A DNA stretch of 47,470 nt from an uncultured Bacilli bacterium (GCA_934098445.1 CAKOOW010000002.1:1-47470), one strand, 5' to 3'; shown: positions 28,035-38,161, counted from the first letter of the stretch. Numbers and translations are program-made. The notes: generated from the letters alone by a model not told the origin.

Positions 28035-28826
28035 TTATTCATAAATATTTACGTAATAATCATCCATTGAACCACAGGTATCTTCTAGAGAATAGTAATA
28101 ATCTTTACCACTATCATTTGTTCCGGGTATGATACCACATATTGTTTTAGCAGTATCACCGATTTTATCACTAATTGCCTTTAATTTACTTGTTACATTA
28201 ATATTTAATTTTTTGATGACATCATTAAGAGATAATTCAGCGTCGTTTTTAATATCATAATAATAACCAGTAAAATGAACACCTCCACCAGCACGGTGAT
28301 TTAGGTAACTATCAGTAACCATAATAAATAAAATATCTTTATAAATGGCATAACGATAAGATACCGTAGTACTAGCAATTGCAGTTTCCTGATCATTAGT
28401 ATTTACTGTATCGATATAGCTTTGATAATTCTTTAAAATTTTTTGATTTATTATTTTGGTTACAGGGGTGTCAATTAGAATTTTAGGAATACTAATATTA
28501 TTAGTAGTTTGATCAGGGTCAGTACTTTCTTTACCAAATTCACTAGTAGGCCAATTATATACTTTATAACCATTAAAAGCTAAGCCAACATACTCATAGT
28601 CTTTTTTGGAGGTAGTATTATCATTTGTCGTATTGTTATCTTTGTCATCTTTAGAATCATTAGAAGTGTTATTCTTTTCTTCCTTAGAGTTCTCATTATC
28701 TTTAGGACTTATAGTTTCTTTAGTATTACACTTATTAGAGAAGGCTTTATCATAGAGAAGATAACCTCCTAAAGATAGGGATATTACTAGTAATATAATT
28801 ATTATAATAGTTTTTTTATCTTTCAT
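28035..28826 (-). CDS. membrane-anchored protein with an Asn/Asp/Lys-rich linker and a DUF3298/RsiV-like C-terminal domain
   Basis: N-terminal TM helix and a low-complexity linker. The C-terminal HRAGGGVHFTGYYYDIKNDAELSLNDVI resembles the GGAH...D...G..L.L.D motif of DUF3298. Confidence 0.45.
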   Translation of the reverse strand: MKDKKTIIIIILLVISLSLGGYLLYDKAFSNKCNTKETISPKDNENSKEEKNNTSNDSKDDKDNNTTNDNTTSKKDYEYVGLAFNGYKVYNWPTSEFGKESTDPDQTTNNISIPKILIDTPVTKIINQKILKNYQSYIDTVNTNDQETAIASTTVSYRYAIYKDILFIMVTDSYLNHRAGGGVHFTGYYYDIKNDAELSLNDVIKKLNINVTSKLKAISDKIGDTAKTICGIIPGTNDSGKDYYYSLEDTCGSMDDYYVNIYE

Positions 28827-28928
28827 AAATATAAACTCCTTTCTATTATAAGTTTACCATAGATAAGGATGTTTTGATGACTTTTTATGGTTTTTTTGAT
28901 ACAATCTTTTTAGAATAGATGGTGTGGT

Positions 28929-29777
28929 ATGAAGAAATGGATTAACTTTTTGATAGGGATATTTATAGTAGCTTTTAGTTTTAATTTATTTTGTGTTCCT
29001 AATAATTTGGCTTCTTCAGGGATAGGGGGATTATCTATTGTAGTAGGTAATTTTATAGATATTGATAAGTCTTTATTCGTGGGAGTTGTAAATATCTTTT
29101 TGATTATTATTTCTTACGTTTTTTTAGGGAAAAGTAATACTTATAAGACGATTGTAGGTTCTTTAGTGTATCCAGTTTTTTTGAAGATTACATCCTCTAT
29201 AACGGGTTATATTGATTTAAGTGGGGTTGATTTACTGATTAAAGCTGTTATGGGAGGAATAATAACGGGGTATGGGTTAGGACTGGTCTTTAAGTCGGGG
29301 TATACCACGGGGGGTACGGATATTATAGAGGCTATATTAGGAAAGTATTTAAGATTACCTATGGATAAGGCAATTATTATTGTGGATGGGGTAGTAGTTA
29401 TTTTATCGGGGATAGTTTTTGGAATAGAACATCTAATTTATGCTTTAATTTTCTTACTGTTTCAAAGTATTTATTCTAATCAATTTATGTTGGGGCTTAA
29501 AGAGGATAAAATCTTATATATTAATTCCCTTAAGAGTAAAGAGATTACCGAGTTTTTAAAAGAGACTTATAATTATGGGATAACTATTTTAAATAGTAAG
29601 GGGGGCTTTAGTAAAGATAAAAGACAGGTTTTAGTGGTTGCTATTAGATATAGTTTTTATTTAGAGATTAAGAGGGCTATTATGATGATTGATCCTAAGG
29701 CTTTTATTACGGTATGTAATTCTTATGAGGCTATATATATTAATAAAGATGAGAGAAAAAGACTTAAGAAATCTTAA
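28929..29777 (+). CDS. YitT-family membrane protein (with a DUF2179 C-terminal domain)
   Basis: Five TM helices with GGLSIV and GYTTGGTDI motifs, and a soluble C-terminal domain of about 80 aa. Confidence 0.7.
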   Translation: MKKWINFLIGIFIVAFSFNLFCVPNNLASSGIGGLSIVVGNFIDIDKSLFVGVVNIFLIIISYVFLGKSNTYKTIVGSLVYPVFLKITSSITGYIDLSGVDLLIKAVMGGIITGYGLGLVFKSGYTTGGTDIIEAILGKYLRLPMDKAIIIVDGVVVILSGIVFGIEHLIYALIFLLFQSIYSNQFMLGLKEDKILYINSLKSKEITEFLKETYNYGITILNSKGGFSKDKRQVLVVAIRYSFYLEIKRAIMMIDPKAFITVCNSYEAIYINKDERKRLKKS

Positions 29778-29922
29778 AATTAAGGCTTTTTCTTTGCCTA
29801 AAAGAATCTTTAGTTTACTATGGGTATTTATTAAATATTTAATAAAAAAATTTTTAAAAAGGTCATTTTAGGGCTGGACAAATGATTGAAATGGTGTTAA
29901 CATCTAGCTACTGGTTGGAGTG

Positions 29923-31395
29923 ATGGTTTTGGGAGAGTTAGTATTTATTGATGAGGGTTTATCTAAAGATGAGGTTAATAGAAGAAAGGATATTGTTAAG
30001 AGATATTTTAATCTAATAATGGAAAGTTATGTTCGGGTTACTGGGGATAATGTCATTAGACTTGCTAATCTGGAAGAATATATAGCTATGATACTAAGAG
30101 TTGTTTTTAGAATAGAAGGATTTAAAGAGAAGTTTAATTCTAAAGACTTTTGGGTTTCTTTATATATAAGTATCTTAATGAGAGAGAATAAAGAAGCTGG
30201 GAGAAACGGATTATTTAATGAAGGCGCGATGTCTTTAGATCATTGTTATTTTTATATTTCTTTAGGGTTTTATGATTATGATGCTTTAAAGATAAGTGAG
30301 TTTTTAGTAAGTGATGATAGAAAGACTAAGGATATTTTAAAGAATTGGTTAAAAGAACAGGTTAGATTTCATTGTTGTAATTATTTATTAGGAGTAGTTT
30401 TAATCTTGATGAAGAGGATAGATGGGTATTTCTATGAAAATTTTAATGATATATTTAGAGTAATGAATCAGACTAGTTCTAGTTTATTAGTAGATAAACA
30501 ATATAAAAATATTTCTAATGATAAGATGGAATTACCTAAGATTACTAAGGAAGAGATAGATTCTTTAATTGAAGGTTTCTTTAAGAATATTAAGGCTCCT
30601 GAATGGTGGAATCAAGAGTATATAGAGTTAAAAGAAAAGGGAAAAATTAGTTTTATCGAAGGAGAAACTTCTCTTATTAATAATAGTATTTATCATGCAG
30701 ATACGGGTATTATAGAAATCGATTTACGGGGAAATATTATGGATTTTCCTACTTTGGTTCATGAACTTACTCATTATTTTGTTGGTAAGACCAAAAGAGA
30801 TAATTTTATTTTAGATGAATTGCCTTCAATATATATGGAAGAATTAGCGCTTTCTTATTTAGAGAGCATTGGTTATGATAGAAATGTCATTGCGTTTATG
30901 CAAAATCATCGGGTTTTATCTAATTTTTCTGTTTACGAATCTCTTTTTAATAATTTGGCTCTTGTTAATAAATATAAGAAGAAGGGAATTGTTATTAAGG
31001 AAGATTTAATGCAACCGTTTATAGAGGCTAATAAAGAGCTTAAGGAATGGCGAGAAAAAATGGTTAATTTGGCTTTAAAACAGGGTAGAGATATTCCAGA
31101 GACTTTAAGTGATGATTATTCAATAAATCCAGAAGAGGCTGCTATAGATATGGTTGATCGGGAGATAGATAATATCATAGGTAATGGGAATATGATCTTT
31201 GATGGGTGTCAGTATCTTTTAGGGACTATGATAACTAAAGAGTTAATGAATAGACCTAAAGAGGAAGTGTTACCAGAGATGTTTAATTTGATTAATAAGA
31301 TAGATGAGTATGATTTAGAAAGAGTAGTAAATTCCTTGGGAATAGATATTTTAAAGAAGGATAAGAAAGAAGAGAGAGTCTTAAAGAAAGGGTAA
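29923..31395 (+). CDS. cytosolic HExxH (gluzincin-like) protein, operon gene 1
   Basis: No signal peptide. HELTH motif followed by LDELPSIYMEELALSYLESIGY. Paralogous to 31401..32756. Confidence 0.55.
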   Translation: MVLGELVFIDEGLSKDEVNRRKDIVKRYFNLIMESYVRVTGDNVIRLANLEEYIAMILRVVFRIEGFKEKFNSKDFWVSLYISILMRENKEAGRNGLFNEGAMSLDHCYFYISLGFYDYDALKISEFLVSDDRKTKDILKNWLKEQVRFHCCNYLLGVVLILMKRIDGYFYENFNDIFRVMNQTSSSLLVDKQYKNISNDKMELPKITKEEIDSLIEGFFKNIKAPEWWNQEYIELKEKGKISFIEGETSLINNSIYHADTGIIEIDLRGNIMDFPTLVHELTHYFVGKTKRDNFILDELPSIYMEELALSYLESIGYDRNVIAFMQNHRVLSNFSVYESLFNNLALVNKYKKKGIVIKEDLMQPFIEANKELKEWREKMVNLALKQGRDIPETLSDDYSINPEEAAIDMVDREIDNIIGNGNMIFDGCQYLLGTMITKELMNRPKEEVLPEMFNLINKIDEYDLERVVNSLGIDILKKDKKEERVLKKG

Positions 31396-31400
31396 GATTT

Positions 31401-32756
31401 ATGGATGAGATTGAAGTTTTTACAAGAGGATTAAGTTCGGAAGAAATAAATAATCGGGTTAAAGTGTTTGATTTATGTGGTGGTTTAATTAATAAATATG
31501 TTCAGATGACTAGTGATTACTTAGTTGATATGGTTAATTTAGAGGATTATTTAACTAAAGTAATTAATACTATTCTTAAAGATGAGAAGTTTATGAAGGG
31601 AATAGATAGTCAAGAGTTTTTAGCGGGTAACTATCTTTTAATAGAGACTTCTAAAGATAATGAAAGAATTAATGATGCTTATATTCTTAGTGCTTTTTCT
31701 TATTATAAGAGTGATGCTAAAAGAATAGTAGAGTTTTTAATTAACTATGATGAAGTAAGAAAATTAGCGATTAAAAATTGGCTAAAAGATGAAAGTTATC
31801 TAAAGATATATAATTATTTACTTAGTAATTTAACTTTAAAGTTAGAATCTTATGATAAGAATGCTTTAAGTTATTTAGATAGTCTTTTAGAGTTAATGAG
31901 TTTAAAGAAAAATAGTTATGTTTTTGATGAGGGGTTTTCTGAAAGAAAGTTATCTTTAGAAGAGTCAGATAATTTAGTAGAAGGTTTCTTTTCTTATTTA
32001 GGAGCTCCTAAAGAATTGATGAATAATTATCTTTATTTAAAGAGAAATAATTCAATTCAAGACAAAAAGTCATTTAGAGAAGGTAATGGTAATTGTTATT
32101 TAGATAAGGATGGTCTTTGGAAGATAGAGTTAGAAAGAACGGGAACTACTAAAGATTTTATTGTTTTTATTCATGAATTTACTCATTTTATTAGTGTAAG
32201 TGGGAATAGGGATTCTTTCTTCTTGAGTGAGTTACCTTCTATGTATATGGAAAGTTTAGCAGCCTCTTACTTGGAAAGTCTTGGATATGGAGATAATCTA
32301 AGAGAAGAAATTTTAAGAGAAAGAAACAATTATTGTTTAAAAAAATACTTAATAAATAGATCTTTATACCAAGATTTAGTAACTTTTAGAAAAGTTGGTT
32401 ACCTGAGAGAAGAAAGTTTTGAAGATAAGGTTTCAGGAAAGGTGAAATTTGTAAGAAATAGAGGAGCTTTTAATAATAATGATGTGTCTTTAGAAAGAAC
32501 AAAGAAAGTTCTTTGGAAAGAAAATATTTCAAAGATTTTAGATACGGGGGTTAATTCAGTTCATGGAATAGCCTATTTACTAGGACTTATAATAACTGAA
32601 GAATTGGTAAGAAGACCTAAGGAGGAAGTATTACCGGAGATGTTTAATTTAATTAATAAGATTGATGAGTATGATTTAGAAAGAGTAGTAAATTCTTTGG
32701 GAATAGATATTTTAAAGAAGGATAAAGAAGAAGAAAGTGTCTTAAAGAAAAAGTGA
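31401..32756 (+). CDS. cytosolic HExxH (gluzincin-like) protein, operon gene 2
   Basis: HEFTH motif followed by LSELPSMYMESLAASYLESLGY. The last ~47 codons are almost identical to those of gene 1. Confidence 0.55.
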   Translation: MDEIEVFTRGLSSEEINNRVKVFDLCGGLINKYVQMTSDYLVDMVNLEDYLTKVINTILKDEKFMKGIDSQEFLAGNYLLIETSKDNERINDAYILSAFSYYKSDAKRIVEFLINYDEVRKLAIKNWLKDESYLKIYNYLLSNLTLKLESYDKNALSYLDSLLELMSLKKNSYVFDEGFSERKLSLEESDNLVEGFFSYLGAPKELMNNYLYLKRNNSIQDKKSFREGNGNCYLDKDGLWKIELERTGTTKDFIVFIHEFTHFISVSGNRDSFFLSELPSMYMESLAASYLESLGYGDNLREEILRERNNYCLKKYLINRSLYQDLVTFRKVGYLREESFEDKVSGKVKFVRNRGAFNNNDVSLERTKKVLWKENISKILDTGVNSVHGIAYLLGLIITEELVRRPKEEVLPEMFNLINKIDEYDLERVVNSLGIDILKKDKEEESVLKKK

Positions 32757-32808
32757 TTGCGAGAATAATGATTTTGTGATAGTATAACTGGCAAGAGAGA
32801 AGGGTTTT

Positions 32809-33057
32809 ATGACTATTGGGGATAATTTTGAGTTTAATAATACTTCTTACCTTTTATTAGGAGTGGTTGAATATCGAGAAATACCTTACTATTTAGGAGT
32901 AGATAATCTAAAGAAAGAAGAGTATAAGATATTTAAAAGTAATAATAATACTTTGGTAGAGGAAGAAAATAGACACATAATTAAGAGACTTTTACCGGAA
33001 TTTAGTAAAGAGTTAAATAGAGTAATTACTTTTGTGGGGGATGATTTAGATGAGTAA
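32809..33057 (+). CDS. small acidic protein (82 aa), DUF1292-like pattern
   Basis: Its short beta-rich N-terminal half (YLLLGVVEYREIPYYLGV) and helical acidic tail resemble 35455..35712. The stop overlaps the next start by 8 nt. Confidence 0.45.
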   Translation: MTIGDNFEFNNTSYLLLGVVEYREIPYYLGVDNLKKEEYKIFKSNNNTLVEEENRHIIKRLLPEFSKELNRVITFVGDDLDE

Positions 33058-35458
33058 TTTAGTTGAGATTAATGAGAAAGATTTTAATTATTTAAAAGAG
33101 TTAGATTTAGATATTCTAAAGAAATATAGTCTTTATTTTGATTATGATTTAATTATGAATAATATTTCTTTAACACCAATTGAGATTACAGAAGAAAAGA
33201 ATGATTATAAGGGTTTAGTTCTAACTTGGTTTAATGATTTGTTGTTTAATGAATTAGAATATTTTTATGATACGGATATTACGGGGGAGTTAACTAAGAA
33301 TAAAGATCCTTATGCGAAGGTTTGTCCTCTAAATGATAGAGAAAGTATGGAATATAAGGCTTATGTTAACTATAAGAAAGTTTTAGCGTTCTCTATTAAG
33401 GCTATTCTTGATGATAAGAAAGAGCTTATAAATGATAGTTATATTGCGGGAATTGATACTCCGTGTGATAATGAAGAAGTTATAGAGTTTAGAAATAGCT
33501 TAAATAAGATGACTGATGGGGCTTTTTTAGAGAAGTGGGATTTTGCTAATTTAATTGATTTAGAGGACTCCCTTAAGATTTATAAAAAGGTTCTTAAAGA
33601 TAAGAAGAAACCAGAGATTAAGGATAAGACTACTTTAGGCGATATTATGGATATTATCATTGATTATAGTAATAAAGTAGAGCTTGATGATTATGGAAAG
33701 GCTATCATTGATTATTTGGCTAGTGTTATTGATGCTGATAATTTATGGGATGGTATTAAGAGAAGTAATGTTTATGGGGAAATTAATACGGTTACTATAA
33801 TTTTTGCGGCTCAAGGGTTAGTGGATAGTAGAAAGAATGTTAATTATGCTAAGCATTATGAGAAAGTTTTAAGGAAGAAGAAGGATCCTACTAAAGAATT
33901 AGATGAAAAAGAATTAACTAGTTATAAAGGAACGGATATTTATGATGCAGTTAAGGGCTTAGATAATCAGTTAACGGGTAATTTAGAGACTATTAATAAT
34001 TTAGATAATTTCTGTCGTAATATTATTTTTAATAACAATAGATATAGTAATTTAAAGAAAAATGAGGGTTTATCCGAAGAAGTAGTAAAAGAGAATAATA
34101 ATAAGTATTTTAATAGAGAAGATTTTGGGAAAAAGATAACTTTTAAATTAGTTAATGGAGATAAAGAGACAACATTTACTAATAAAGTTACTAAAGAAGA
34201 GATGGAATCTGATACTAAGAAGGTTAATGAAGCTAAAGAAGCTTTAGATAATCTTGATAAAGAGTTAGAGGAAAGAAAAGCCTTAGCAGATACTCTTGAT
34301 AAGTTACTTCATAAGCAAGATTTAAGCGAGGAAGAATTAAACCTTTTAGATAAGTATGGAATTAATGGAGACTTAACAACAAATGAATTGGAGACTAAGA
34401 TTTCTTTAGTAGCAGCTAGATTAAATGAATTAGAGAATACTAAAGAAGAGAGGAAAGAAAAACAAAGTTCATTAGCTAAAGTAAGTGATATTTTAAATCT
34501 AAATAATATTAAAGATAAAGCTATTAAAAAATCAAAAGATTTAGTAAATTTTGTTAAAAATAAAGTTGGCTCTGTAGATAATAGTAAAAAACAAATGCTA
34601 GTAAATGGGGCTTTAAGTATCCTTTCGAGTGGGGTTGGAGCTAATTTAGCATTGGTTTTAGGACCAGTGGGGATTGTTTTAGTTAATGCAGTTGTGGCAC
34701 CAATTGCTACTCAAGCATTTGCCTATGGCAATATGCTTGAAGAGTCAGAGCTTAAAGGGGAAACTGTGGAAATTGAAAGTATTAATAAATCTAGTAATAA
34801 GCTTGTGAAGAAAGTAAATAGTTTCTTAAGAAAATCTCATTTAAAGAAATTAAGAGACTTAGCCGACTTTAATATTTTTGCTAAATTAGCTAATTCAAAG
34901 AATGATAAAGTTAGTAAAATATTTAGTAATAAAGAAGTAGTTAAAAGAATCGGTCTTTCTCTAACGGCAGGGTTAATCGGCATGGATTTAATGGCATTTT
35001 CTCGAGCTTTAAATAATATGGCTGTTAAGGCCAATAATAAGCCTAATCCTAGTAGTGCTTCTAACGGTGTAATTGATAATAGTACGGTTAATAAAGTTAA
35101 TTATGCTGATCCTAAACCAGCACCAGATGTTAAATTAGGACAGACAATCGGGACTGAAAATAAAATTACTGTTGGGTATAAGACTTCTTATGATGCTAAA
35201 TTAGGAATAAATCCGGTGAAATTAAATCAAAACATTATGTATGATGGCAATTCAATTATTAAAGAAGCTTACTATTATCAAAATGGAGTTATGAAAAAAT
35301 TAGCGGTTAATGCTAATAACTTAACAGAGACCATTAAAACTTTAGGCATCAAGCCTGAAGATGTAGTTGTTAATTTAGCGAAAAATAGTGGTGAAGGAAG
35401 AGCTTGGGTTACTGGAGAAGTAGCAGCCAAATCTTTAGGGTTGACATTGGTACCATGA
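33050..35458 (+). CDS. large (802 aa) coiled-coil membrane protein of unknown function
   Basis: A soluble N-terminal region of about 500 aa includes a long Glu/Lys/Leu heptad-like segment (aa ~385-470). Hydrophobic segments follow (LVNGALSILSSGVGANLALVLGPVGIVLVNAVVAPIA; IGLSLTAGLIGMDLMAF), then a C-terminal domain of about 160 aa. Confidence 0.6.
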   Translation: MSNLVEINEKDFNYLKELDLDILKKYSLYFDYDLIMNNISLTPIEITEEKNDYKGLVLTWFNDLLFNELEYFYDTDITGELTKNKDPYAKVCPLNDRESMEYKAYVNYKKVLAFSIKAILDDKKELINDSYIAGIDTPCDNEEVIEFRNSLNKMTDGAFLEKWDFANLIDLEDSLKIYKKVLKDKKKPEIKDKTTLGDIMDIIIDYSNKVELDDYGKAIIDYLASVIDADNLWDGIKRSNVYGEINTVTIIFAAQGLVDSRKNVNYAKHYEKVLRKKKDPTKELDEKELTSYKGTDIYDAVKGLDNQLTGNLETINNLDNFCRNIIFNNNRYSNLKKNEGLSEEVVKENNNKYFNREDFGKKITFKLVNGDKETTFTNKVTKEEMESDTKKVNEAKEALDNLDKELEERKALADTLDKLLHKQDLSEEELNLLDKYGINGDLTTNELETKISLVAARLNELENTKEERKEKQSSLAKVSDILNLNNIKDKAIKKSKDLVNFVKNKVGSVDNSKKQMLVNGALSILSSGVGANLALVLGPVGIVLVNAVVAPIATQAFAYGNMLEESELKGETVEIESINKSSNKLVKKVNSFLRKSHLKKLRDLADFNIFAKLANSKNDKVSKIFSNKEVVKRIGLSLTAGLIGMDLMAFSRALNNMAVKANNKPNPSSASNGVIDNSTVNKVNYADPKPAPDVKLGQTIGTENKITVGYKTSYDAKLGINPVKLNQNIMYDGNSIIKEAYYYQNGVMKKLAVNANNLTETIKTLGIKPEDVVVNLAKNSGEGRAWVTGEVAAKSLGLTLVP

Positions 35459-35712
35459 ATGAACGTATAATAAATTTAAAAGATGGAACTTCTTTATATA
35501 TAGCAGATACCCTAGAATATAAGGGAAAAAGATATGTTTATGGACTACAATATGACAAATTAACGGAGAATGTTACAGGAAAATATTATATTTTAGAAGT
35601 TGTTATTCTTAATGATAAGTTAAACTTAAAGAAGATAGAAGATAAAGAATTAAAAGATAAAATATACGTAATGTTTACTAGTAGACAGTTAGAAAATATT
35701 TTAGATAATTAA
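35455..35712 (+). CDS. small protein (85 aa), DUF1292-like pattern
   Basis: ATGA start/stop overlap with the 802-aa gene. LYIADTLEYKGKRYVYGL and then KIEDKELKDKIYVMF. Confidence 0.45.
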   Translation: MNERIINLKDGTSLYIADTLEYKGKRYVYGLQYDKLTENVTGKYYILEVVILNDKLNLKKIEDKELKDKIYVMFTSRQLENILDN

Positions 35713-35764
35713 GAGTTTTGTGGAAATACAAAGCTCTTTTAAGTATAATAGAGAAGAGGTTGTT

Positions 35765-36658
35765 ATGGAAGAACTAATTCAAGTACAAAGATATAGTGAA
35801 AATGAGTGTTATATTAGTGGTCTTTATGAAGGAAATACTAAGGCAACTTACTTAGTTATTATGGTTCATGATGGTGGTAATAATAAAGATGAGAATGGGG
35901 CTTTTCCGATAGTAGAGAATTCTAATTTTAAAAAAGTTCAAGGGAAGATAGAGTTTCAAGAAAAGGAATATGGGAATTATGAGATTCTAAGTAATACTTT
36001 AACTCTTAAAGATGAGTTTGGGGTATTTAGATATGATTTAAGAAATTATGGGAATAGTAAGTTAGATAATACAGTTGATAAGAGAGATATGTTATATGAA
36101 AGGTATGCTAAAGACTTAAGAGATGTTATTAAGTATTTAAGAAATAAGTATCCTTTTAAGAAGGTGTCTTTTGTAGGAACGGGAATAGGGGGCTTAATCA
36201 TTGAGTATTATTTAACTAAATACTTAGATATTCCTAAAGAGATGGTGGGAAAAGTAGTATTTATATGTCCAAATAGTCCTAAGATTATTTATAATCTAGA
36301 TAGTAAGTATTCTTTTAGTTATCAAAAGTATGATTATATTTTAAAGACTAATAAACAGTTTACGAAGATTAAGGGGATTTATGAAGGTCTAAAGACTATT
36401 TATGAAGCGGAGAATAATTATAATCTAGATATAGAGTATGCTTCTAAGATGATACCATCTTTATATATCTTATCTTTACAAGATAAGATGTATCCTTGGG
36501 AAGTGTTAACTAGTGAGATAGAGAATATTAAAAGAATAAATAAAGATGTTGAGGTAGAAGTAATAAATACTTTAGAAGGGGCTTTTCATGGGATATATGA
36601 TTATCAGAGTAGTAATTATATGTTAATGAAAGTTTATGAATATTTAAAGGAGGAATAA
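35765..36658 (+). CDS. alpha/beta-hydrolase-fold protein with a non-canonical nucleophile elbow
   Basis: VIMVHDGGNN (HG-type oxyanion region), an elbow reading VGTGIGG with Gly where Ser is expected, and C-terminal GAFHG (His). The GAAGAGG RBS favours ATG 35765. Confidence 0.55.
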   Translation: MEELIQVQRYSENECYISGLYEGNTKATYLVIMVHDGGNNKDENGAFPIVENSNFKKVQGKIEFQEKEYGNYEILSNTLTLKDEFGVFRYDLRNYGNSKLDNTVDKRDMLYERYAKDLRDVIKYLRNKYPFKKVSFVGTGIGGLIIEYYLTKYLDIPKEMVGKVVFICPNSPKIIYNLDSKYSFSYQKYDYILKTNKQFTKIKGIYEGLKTIYEAENNYNLDIEYASKMIPSLYILSLQDKMYPWEVLTSEIENIKRINKDVEVEVINTLEGAFHGIYDYQSSNYMLMKVYEYLKEE

Positions 36659-36659
36659 A

Positions 36660-38063
36660 ATGAATGAGATTAAGTGTCCTAATTGTGGAACAGTAATAAA
36701 AATAGATGAGAGTATTTATGCGAAGATTGTTAAACAAGTGAGAGATAAGGAGTTTAATGAAGATATAAAGAAACGTTTAGAAGAGGAACATCTAAGAGAA
36801 GAGCAAGCTTTAGAGTTACAGAAGACTTCTTTAGAACAGTATTATCAAGAGAAGGAGTATAAACTTAAAGAAGAGTATAATAAGAGTGTTTTAGAGTTAA
36901 AACAACAAGGATTAAATAAAGATTTAGAGACTAAGGAAATCTTAAGTAAGAAAGATAAAGAATTAGTAGAGCTTAAGACTAAGTTAGATAATCAGACTGA
37001 GTTAGTTAAGAGTAAGGTTAGTAAAGAGTATCAAGATGAAGTATATCAAAAAGAGAAGATTATTTCTCAATTACAAAGTGATATTAGGATTCAAGAGAGT
37101 AAGTATAAACTAGAATTACAAGATAATTTAAATAAGAAGGATAAAGAGATAGGTAGTTTACAAAATACTATAGAGAATACAAAGAATAGTTATCTTTTAA
37201 AAGAGAATAATTTAAAAGAGGCTTATGAAGAGAAGTTAAAACTTAAAGATGAGCAGATTGCTTATTATAAGGATTTTAAGGCTAAACAGTCAACTAAGAT
37301 GATTGGAGAGTCTTTGGAAGTGCATTGTAATAATGAATTTAATAAACTAAGACCATTGTTTCCTAAGAGTTATTTTGAGAAAGATAATGATTGTAAGAAT
37401 GGGTCTAAAGGAGATTTTATCTTTAGAGATTATGATGATGAAGGAACAGAGATTACTTCAATTATGTTTGAGATGAAGAATGAAGCTGATAAGACGGCTA
37501 GTAAACATAAGAATGAGGATTTCTTTAAAGAGTTAGATAAAGATCGTAAAGAAAAGAATTGTGAATATGCTGTATTGGTATCAATGCTGGAGATAGATAA
37601 TGATTATTATAATGAGGGTATTGTTGATGTATCTTATAAATATCCCAAGATGTATGTTATTAGACCTCAGTTTTTTATTCCTATTATTACTCTTATTAGA
37701 GGAATGGGACTTAATACTTTAGAGTATAAAAAAGAGATAGAATTATTACAAAGAGAGAATATTGATATTTCTCATTTTGAAGAGAATATGAATAGTTTTA
37801 AAGAATCTTTTGGAAGAAATTATCGTTTAGCTAGTGATAAGTTTAAAAAAGCTATTGAAGAAATTGATAAGACTATTGAACATTTACAAAAGACTAAAGA
37901 GAATTTATTATCTAGTGATAAGAATTTAAGGATTGCTAATGATAAGGCTGAAGGTTTAAGTATAAAGAAATTAACTAGTAATAGTAAGACGGTTCGAGAG
38001 ATGTTTGAAAATCTCGAAGAAAAGAAACAACTAGAGATGAAGGATAGTATTAGGAAAGAGTGA
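36660..38063 (+). CDS. DUF2130-family protein (N-terminal CxxC, coiled coil, PD-(D/E)xK-like C-terminal part)
   Basis: MNEIKCPNCGTVIKIDESIY opening typical of DUF2130, a long coiled coil, then GDFIFRDYDD...IMFEMKNE. It starts 1 nt after the previous stop. Confidence 0.65.
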   Translation: MNEIKCPNCGTVIKIDESIYAKIVKQVRDKEFNEDIKKRLEEEHLREEQALELQKTSLEQYYQEKEYKLKEEYNKSVLELKQQGLNKDLETKEILSKKDKELVELKTKLDNQTELVKSKVSKEYQDEVYQKEKIISQLQSDIRIQESKYKLELQDNLNKKDKEIGSLQNTIENTKNSYLLKENNLKEAYEEKLKLKDEQIAYYKDFKAKQSTKMIGESLEVHCNNEFNKLRPLFPKSYFEKDNDCKNGSKGDFIFRDYDDEGTEITSIMFEMKNEADKTASKHKNEDFFKELDKDRKEKNCEYAVLVSMLEIDNDYYNEGIVDVSYKYPKMYVIRPQFFIPIITLIRGMGLNTLEYKKEIELLQRENIDISHFEENMNSFKESFGRNYRLASDKFKKAIEEIDKTIEHLQKTKENLLSSDKNLRIANDKAEGLSIKKLTSNSKTVREMFENLEEKKQLEMKDSIRKE

Positions 38064-38071
38064 AATTAGAT

Positions 38072-38129
38072 AGTTAACGACCAATTTTGATGCTTATATA
38101 GCTAAAAGTGGTCGTTAACTTGCTTTTTT
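38072..38129 (+). terminator. rho-independent terminator of the 29.9-38.1 kb operon
   Basis: 12-bp stem agttaacgacca / tggtcgttaact (25-nt loop) followed by tgctttttt. Confidence 0.65.
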
Positions 38130-38161
38130 AGAAAATTAAAAGAAACTAATATGAAATTTAA

